DNA of 63,532 nt, filler included, from Asterionella formosa (taxonomy: Eukaryota): NCBI GenBank assembly GCA_002256025.1. It is 3 parts of 3 records of this genome, joined end to end, with 100 filler letters (N's around TTAATTAATTAA, not from the genome) between each part and the next. Parts side by side here need not be neighbours in the genome. Positions count along the whole stretch, not along the records: positions 30,837 to 61,501 come from NKIB01000823.1; positions 61,602 to 63,532 come from NKIB01000829.1; 1 more part is not named here. One strand, given 5' to 3'. Every line of letters starts with the position of its first letter. Positions within the stretch are counted from its first letter, which is position 1. Below the pieces are notes generated by a model. It ran no database searches and was not told the origin of the DNA. It saw only the letters and a list, made by a program, of their open reading frames with translations. Shown here one piece after another: positions 58,410 to 63,532 of this stretch. A program made the position numbers and the translations under genes.

Positions 58410-59678
58410 ATGAACATATATAAAAGGCCAAATCAGCTTGTTATTTCATCAGCCCTCTTGCTGCTATTCCTCAAGTCTGACGGAGCTTCTGCGCTTCTAG
58501 CAGTCACGACCTCCAAAGCATCGTCGCACACCCTCAACAAGGGGAAACTGCACCATGAGCCATCATTGGAAATCGACAATGGCTGCATTGATCATTCCAA
58601 GCGAGAATTCGTGTCCTCGATACTCGCAGGCACCGCCATTGTGGTAACAGCTACGGCCATGAGTTTCCCCGCCGCTGCCATTGCCCAGAAAGACCTGCCA
58701 TTATCTGGCGCTTCGCCTACTGCACGTCAGGTAATTGCATCATCATCAACAACAACAACCGCAACAACAGCAGTAGCACCCAGCAGCACTACCATTGACT
58801 ACAACGCAATTATATCAAAGGCATCCAAAAAAGCCCTTGGAGGGGGAAAGGCTGGAGCTTCCGCTGCCGTGGTTCAAGTATGTACCTTAATGTGGCTACG
58901 GACTGCCATGAATTATCAATACGTCTATGGTGGCAATTTAGTCACGTCACTGCAGACCCTGTGGGCACAGGGGGGATTGGCACGCCTCTACCAAGGACTG
59001 CCTTTTGCTCTTTTGCAAGGACCCCTCACAAGGTTTGGCGACACTGCTGCCAATGTAGGAATACTGGCACTATTGGAATCTCAAGATGCATTGCCATTGC
59101 CCATCAAGACTGCATGTGGGTCAGCTGCTGCTGGACTATGGCGTATCTTCCTCATGCCCGTCGATACCTCCAAAACAGCCATGCAAGTGCAGGGTAGAGA
59201 AGGGCTGGACCGATTGATTCAAAAAGTTAAAGAGGAAGGACCATCACCCCTCTATCAAGGCGCATTGGCATCGGCAAGTGCCACAGCTGCTGGCCACTTT
59301 CCGTGGTTTCTTACATTTAATTTCCTCAATGACCAACTGCCCATTGTTTCAGTGACGGATGATTTGTTGTTAAGTCTACTCCGGAGTGCTTTCTTGGGCC
59401 TGTCTGCATCATGCGTGTCTGATTGTTGTTCGAATTCTCTTCGTGTTATAAAGACGACGAAACAAACAGCTGGTTTGGCAGAAGAAAACAAAGGGGGAGA
59501 TGTTGTTGGTCAACTCACATATCAACAAGTTGTCAAGACTATTTTGGAAACGGATGGGATAGCTGGTTTGTTTGGACGTGGATTGCAAACAAGGTTATTA
59601 ACAAATGCAATTCAAGGTGCTGCCTTTAGTGTGCTATGGAAGTATTTTCAACAAGTGGGGGGTACTACCGGTACTTGA
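58410..59678 (+). CDS. Mitochondrial carrier family protein with long N-terminal targeting extension
   Basis: MWLRTAMNYQY, LMPVDTSKTAMQV, NSLRVIKTTKQT and GLFGRGLQTRLL carrier repeats. Confidence 0.88.
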   Translation: MNIYKRPNQLVISSALLLLFLKSDGASALLAVTTSKASSHTLNKGKLHHEPSLEIDNGCIDHSKREFVSSILAGTAIVVTATAMSFPAAAIAQKDLPLSGASPTARQVIASSSTTTTATTAVAPSSTTIDYNAIISKASKKALGGGKAGASAAVVQVCTLMWLRTAMNYQYVYGGNLVTSLQTLWAQGGLARLYQGLPFALLQGPLTRFGDTAANVGILALLESQDALPLPIKTACGSAAAGLWRIFLMPVDTSKTAMQVQGREGLDRLIQKVKEEGPSPLYQGALASASATAAGHFPWFLTFNFLNDQLPIVSVTDDLLLSLLRSAFLGLSASCVSDCCSNSLRVIKTTKQTAGLAEENKGGDVVGQLTYQQVVKTILETDGIAGLFGRGLQTRLLTNAIQGAAFSVLWKYFQQVGGTTGT

Positions 59679-59985
59679 ACACAAGTATACTGGTATTTTA
59701 TTGAGATGGGATTGGGAAGTTTCTGAATTCTTGACGACAAGATTTAAATAATGAATTATTGAATATTATAGATTGGCTAATGTACCTCCGAATGTAATGA
59801 ATGGTGTCAAGCTAGGCTGGAATCAGGGGAATAAATATTTATAGGAAGCAAGGCAGCAAACGACGCCTTGTATATTGGAGTAGCATCCCCCATCTCGCAC
59901 AACCAGCGCCTCATCCTAAAATCCTTCATTATTTTTCAATTAGTATTCCATGTGTATCTTCCCACAAGTCTTATTTACTATTTGT

Positions 59986-61221
59986 TTATTCCTCTTCAAA
60001 CTTGACCAACTCACATGCCATGGCCCCACCCAAGGACACTAGAACAGCTTGTCCCGTATCGCAAAACTTTGGTACACAAACACATCGCACACAATTTTCA
60101 AAGAGCATTGTGTCAAAGTTGTCACTGTTCCCAGCCACATACAAGTGGGGCAACTCCTCAAGACAAAAGACATCCGACTCGTCGGACGGTACCATGGGTG
60201 TCACTGCTGGTCCTGTCGGCAGTATATGTGACCAGAGTAATGTGCGAGTCATGCATTCCATGAACGATAGTGGTGGATACATTTGTTCTTGCAAATCAGC
60301 AATATTCTTCCCATCACAACCCAACAGTTGAATGTTGTCCAACTTGCATTTGAATGGATTGGGCGTTCGTGACAAGGAGGCATACGTGCCACTGTACTTT
60401 AAGAGCGACGAATGCAAGGGACGCTGTGGCCATGTGGCTGTAGTAGGATCGTTTTGTCCAGGGAGCAGGTCAACGGGAATGCCGCTAGACAGAATCTGTG
60501 CGACAAAGTCATCAAATTCTTGGCAGCTGTCAGCGTCATGAATACTGTTTCCCAAAATGACCACACGACAAATGGTTTTGGCAGAATCAATCAAATGACC
60601 CTGTAGGTACATGATGAGTAGATCTCTCGCAATTCCAGACACGTTTGGGTTTCCACAGTCGAGTCCTGACAAGAGGAGGACCTGTGCGTCGGCGTCGTTG
60701 GTGACAATGGGGACTTGGCTAGGAAGAGTCAACTTGGGTGTCACGACCTGGTCGACTTCGAATATGCCTCCGCCTTTAAGTGCCCCAACAACAGCCACGA
60801 CAACTCCAGTGCAGTACAAATCCACCATGGCATCGTCTCTAAACGTCAATTGGACGCGACCTGACTCGTCTTCGAGGACGAGCGTGTCGTTGCTCAAACA
60901 CCGGCAGTTGTTGTTGCCCAATTTGTCGCCGCCATCATGCTCCTTGACAATGGTTCCTGCGACGACACATGGCGCTCCATCTTCCTCCAGCTCCAGTACG
61001 CGATTGGTTCTTCTGATGTGAGGAGGTGCATTCGCCAGGCATTTCGATTTGAGTTGTCGTAAGCGCAATGAATACACGTGAGAATACTGTCGAGAGTAAA
61101 TGGTAGTGGTTGTATCCGAGGTCTTGTTAGAACCAATCTCCATGGAGAGTTGATATGGCTGCCATTGAGGGGTGTGTGTGGCAGAGAGACGAGTGGAGAC
61201 TGGACAAGAGGGAAGTGTCAT
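59986..61221 (-). CDS. POLD2: DNA polymerase delta small subunit
   Basis: YSRQYSHVYSLRL, LVLEDESGRVQL, LLPGQNDPT..WPQRPLH, TPNP, HILPTGP and PHLYVAGN; start may be a downstream Met. Confidence 0.92.
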   Translation of the reverse strand: MTLPSCPVSTRLSATHTPQWQPYQLSMEIGSNKTSDTTTTIYSRQYSHVYSLRLRQLKSKCLANAPPHIRRTNRVLELEEDGAPCVVAGTIVKEHDGGDKLGNNNCRCLSNDTLVLEDESGRVQLTFRDDAMVDLYCTGVVVAVVGALKGGGIFEVDQVVTPKLTLPSQVPIVTNDADAQVLLLSGLDCGNPNVSGIARDLLIMYLQGHLIDSAKTICRVVILGNSIHDADSCQEFDDFVAQILSSGIPVDLLPGQNDPTTATWPQRPLHSSLLKYSGTYASLSRTPNPFKCKLDNIQLLGCDGKNIADLQEQMYPPLSFMECMTRTLLWSHILPTGPAVTPMVPSDESDVFCLEELPHLYVAGNSDNFDTMLFENCVRCVCVPKFCDTGQAVLVSLGGAMACELVKFEEE

Positions 61222-61501
61222 GGTGGTGTCTGATGTTGTTGGACCGCTATCATTTGTTGGAGAAAATATTTTAGGAAAGAAAATCCCGGTATAAATTACC
61301 TACTACATATTGAATCGAATGAATCAAGAAAGAATATGGTACCAGAGAATTCGAAAACAATCTACGCCAACAGTAAAAACCCATAATTCTATTAAAACTC
61401 TTAGGAACGATTACAATCGATCACGGAGACATCGTTGTTATATCTACAGCCTATTTGGTCCCTGACGTGTCCTTACAGGATACAAGAAAGCATAGAGTGC
61501 T

Positions 61502-61601
61502 NNNNNNNNNNNNNNNNNNNNNNNNNNNNNNNNNNNNNNNNNNNNTTAATTAATTAANNNNNNNNNNNNNNNNNNNNNNNNNNNNNNNNNNNNNNNNNNN
61601 N
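61502..61601. other. Artificial scaffold/contig spacer (N44-TTAATTAATTAA-N44)
   Basis: Same N-padded linker as at 30737. Confidence 0.95.
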
Positions 61602-61818
61602 ACTTTGCCCGAAGGCTGTATTTAAGCATATGGAAAGGGTGTCTATTGGTGAAAGCTCCGTTGAGCGTTATACATATTTGATTTATATGTGGAAAATACA
61701 TGTTTGATTAGTCTGACTCAATACTATTTTTTAAACCCTACCTCGAGCTAGGGGTTCAAATGCAGCAACCTTAATTATTAATTCACGGCAACCATGTCGC
61801 TCATGCATCAATAGACCA

Positions 61819-62448
61819 ATGCAAACAAGACAGAACGACGCACCTCATGTCTCACACAGCGGGACCATGAGAGTTACTACCGCAGATCAAACTGATCAAT
61901 TCAAAAGAGTTGGAGAACTGACTCCCCTTATAACGTCATCCATCATTAAACCTTTCTCATTAGCAACGCACAGCAGTGAAATTTCTGCATCGCCATCCCT
62001 CGTCCTCTGGATCGGACCTGCCTTAGCGTGTGCGTTCTGTTATGCCATGTACAGCATCTCTATCAAAAAGGGCTCAAATTCGATCCATCCTATTCTTGGA
62101 GGGGTCATTTTGCAAATCGTAGCTGCCATTTTAGGATGTTGTCTGCTGTTGGCTATCATTGCAAAAGAAGGCACTTCTGAATTGGAGTATGATATGAAGG
62201 GCATTCAATGGAGTATTTGTGCAGGCTTGGCTGTTGGATTAGCAGAGATTATCAGCTTTTTTGTGTCCGGAATGGGCGTGCAAGCTATGCAATCTATCCC
62301 AATTGTTACTGGTGGGTCGGTCGCTTGTGGAACCGTGTTGGGGTTGCTGTTGCTCAAAGAAAACCTGTCCTATCAAGGATGGTTGGGCGTATTGCTGTTA
62401 GTAGCAGGGATAAGTTTGGTAGGGACTGATACAGGATCTTCAAGTTAA
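61819..62448 (+). CDS. EamA/DMT-family membrane transporter (single EamA unit)
   Basis: About five TM helices with C-terminal LLLKENLSYQGWLGVLLLVAGISLV. Confidence 0.85.
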   Translation: MQTRQNDAPHVSHSGTMRVTTADQTDQFKRVGELTPLITSSIIKPFSLATHSSEISASPSLVLWIGPALACAFCYAMYSISIKKGSNSIHPILGGVILQIVAAILGCCLLLAIIAKEGTSELEYDMKGIQWSICAGLAVGLAEIISFFVSGMGVQAMQSIPIVTGGSVACGTVLGLLLLKENLSYQGWLGVLLLVAGISLVGTDTGSSS

Positions 62449-62573
62449 TCGGGAGAATTGTGGCAATGTTGGGTAGTTAAATCAATGCATTATGAAACAA
62501 TCCAATAGTCATGCGAAGAAGGACCTAATAGTTTTTACAAAATAGTATGTGTATTCATACTTTGGCCGATTTC

Positions 62574-63389
62574 TCAGTCTCTATCGTTCGCTCTCAACTT
62601 TCCACTCACATATTCATAGATACAGAAACCAATCATGCTTGCAGGCACACTTCGAACTAGTTTAAGACCAAAACCCCGGTAGAGATTGCCTTCTTTCTGC
62701 AATTCGACCGCCGTCTCAATGATTCCCTTGGCTCCATGGGAAGCTTGAATTCTAGTCTTGATCAAGTCAAATGGATATCCCACGCCCCACGCAGTCGTAG
62801 CCGCAACAGCTCCCGAAAAAATCGGAATGGTGATTGTTTTATGGCTTTCACTACTTCCCAGAAAAGACTTCGTCATTTCCGTCTTGCAGTACTCGTATGA
62901 CACGAACCAGACTCCATGTGGAATGCCGTCCCGCAGCATCGTGGCCCCCAACCCTCGCCAAGCTAAGGAATTGGTCGCAATCTCCTTCCCTAATTGAAGT
63001 GCTTTGCCCTCCAAGGACGTTTGCTGCTTGACTTTGATGAGTTCGACGGGGCTCATGAAGAAGGCTTGAGCCATACCGCCGGTACAACCTCCCCAAAAAA
63101 CGCCCCAGTACGACTCACTCCGCTTTCCAAAACCGTAACCCGCCATTAGGAGAGCATTCTGAAAGGGTACGGCTCCAATCATGACGTTCGAACCTCTCCA
63201 CAGAGAAGCCACACCGGCAGAATTTACCAAGGAGCGAACATTTGTGCCTCCCAGAATAAGCGATGCTCCTGCCTGCCGCCTGGTCAAGATAGTATCAATT
63301 GGTTGACACGCAACGACTACCGCTCCTCCGGAGCACCAGCCAGCAACAAAGTCGACGATTGCTGGTGTGAATGATTCTGATTTTGACAT
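62574..63389 (-). CDS. Mitochondrial carrier (carnitine/basic amino acid carrier-like)
   Basis: Three signatures QPIDTILTRRQ, SPVELIKVKQQ, YPFDLIKTRIQ, plus LRDGIPHG. Start taken at MSKSES; the ORF is open upstream to 63470. Confidence 0.92.
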   Translation of the reverse strand: MSKSESFTPAIVDFVAGWCSGGAVVVACQPIDTILTRRQAGASLILGGTNVRSLVNSAGVASLWRGSNVMIGAVPFQNALLMAGYGFGKRSESYWGVFWGGCTGGMAQAFFMSPVELIKVKQQTSLEGKALQLGKEIATNSLAWRGLGATMLRDGIPHGVWFVSYEYCKTEMTKSFLGSSESHKTITIPIFSGAVAATTAWGVGYPFDLIKTRIQASHGAKGIIETAVELQKEGNLYRGFGLKLVRSVPASMIGFCIYEYVSGKLRANDRD

Positions 63390-63532
63390 GATCTCATTGA
63401 TTTGTGCTAGAAACAGAATGCACTCATCCTCATCATCGGTGTTAATGCAACTAATTAAACGTCCTTGCATGCACAGTACCGGTAAATAAATAAATTATTT
63501 AGATGATTTGTACAACAGTTTCCATCAGTACT

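Noticed and set aside
46241..61221. Apparent functional cluster of chromatin/DNA genes (HMG-histone fold, HOP2, SET-JmjC, POLD2)
   Set aside because: Interspersed with unrelated plastid genes; compatible with chance in a gene-dense genome

Overview
Eukaryotic nuclear DNA, most likely from a diatom. Supporting signs are compact genes with short GT-AG introns, several bipartite plastid presequences with an ASAFAP-like cleavage site, a VDR gene and a CoDi-type copia relic. The window is three contigs joined by artificial N44-TTAATTAATTAA-N44 spacers (30737-30836, 61502-61601). It holds about 24 genes, including histone H3, an MFS transporter, an MDR reductase, VDR, the mRNA cap N7-methyltransferase, a frameshifted DUF268 gene, an RNB-family RNase, a GRAM-VASt protein, an HMG/histone-fold fusion, HOP2, an OPR-like protein, a SMYD-JmjC fusion, POLD2, two mitochondrial carriers and an EamA-type transporter. 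Decayed copia, non-LTR and pogo-like relics are also present. Highlights: (1) an intronless 834-aa gene joining ~5 beta-beta-beta-alpha-like repeats and a coiled coil to a family-A/TV-Pol-like polymerase with both catalytic Asp residues, with no surrounding mobile element; (2) pervasive intergenic TACC-N(0-2)-GGTA palindrome clusters, reminiscent of HIP1; (3) a dispersed repeat with a long hairpin found twice, 19 kb apart; (4) a ~400-bp diverged inverted repeat enclosing two plastid-targeted genes only 23 nt apart; (5) a SET-MYND + JmjC fusion. All family calls come from recognising motifs by eye; no searches were run.
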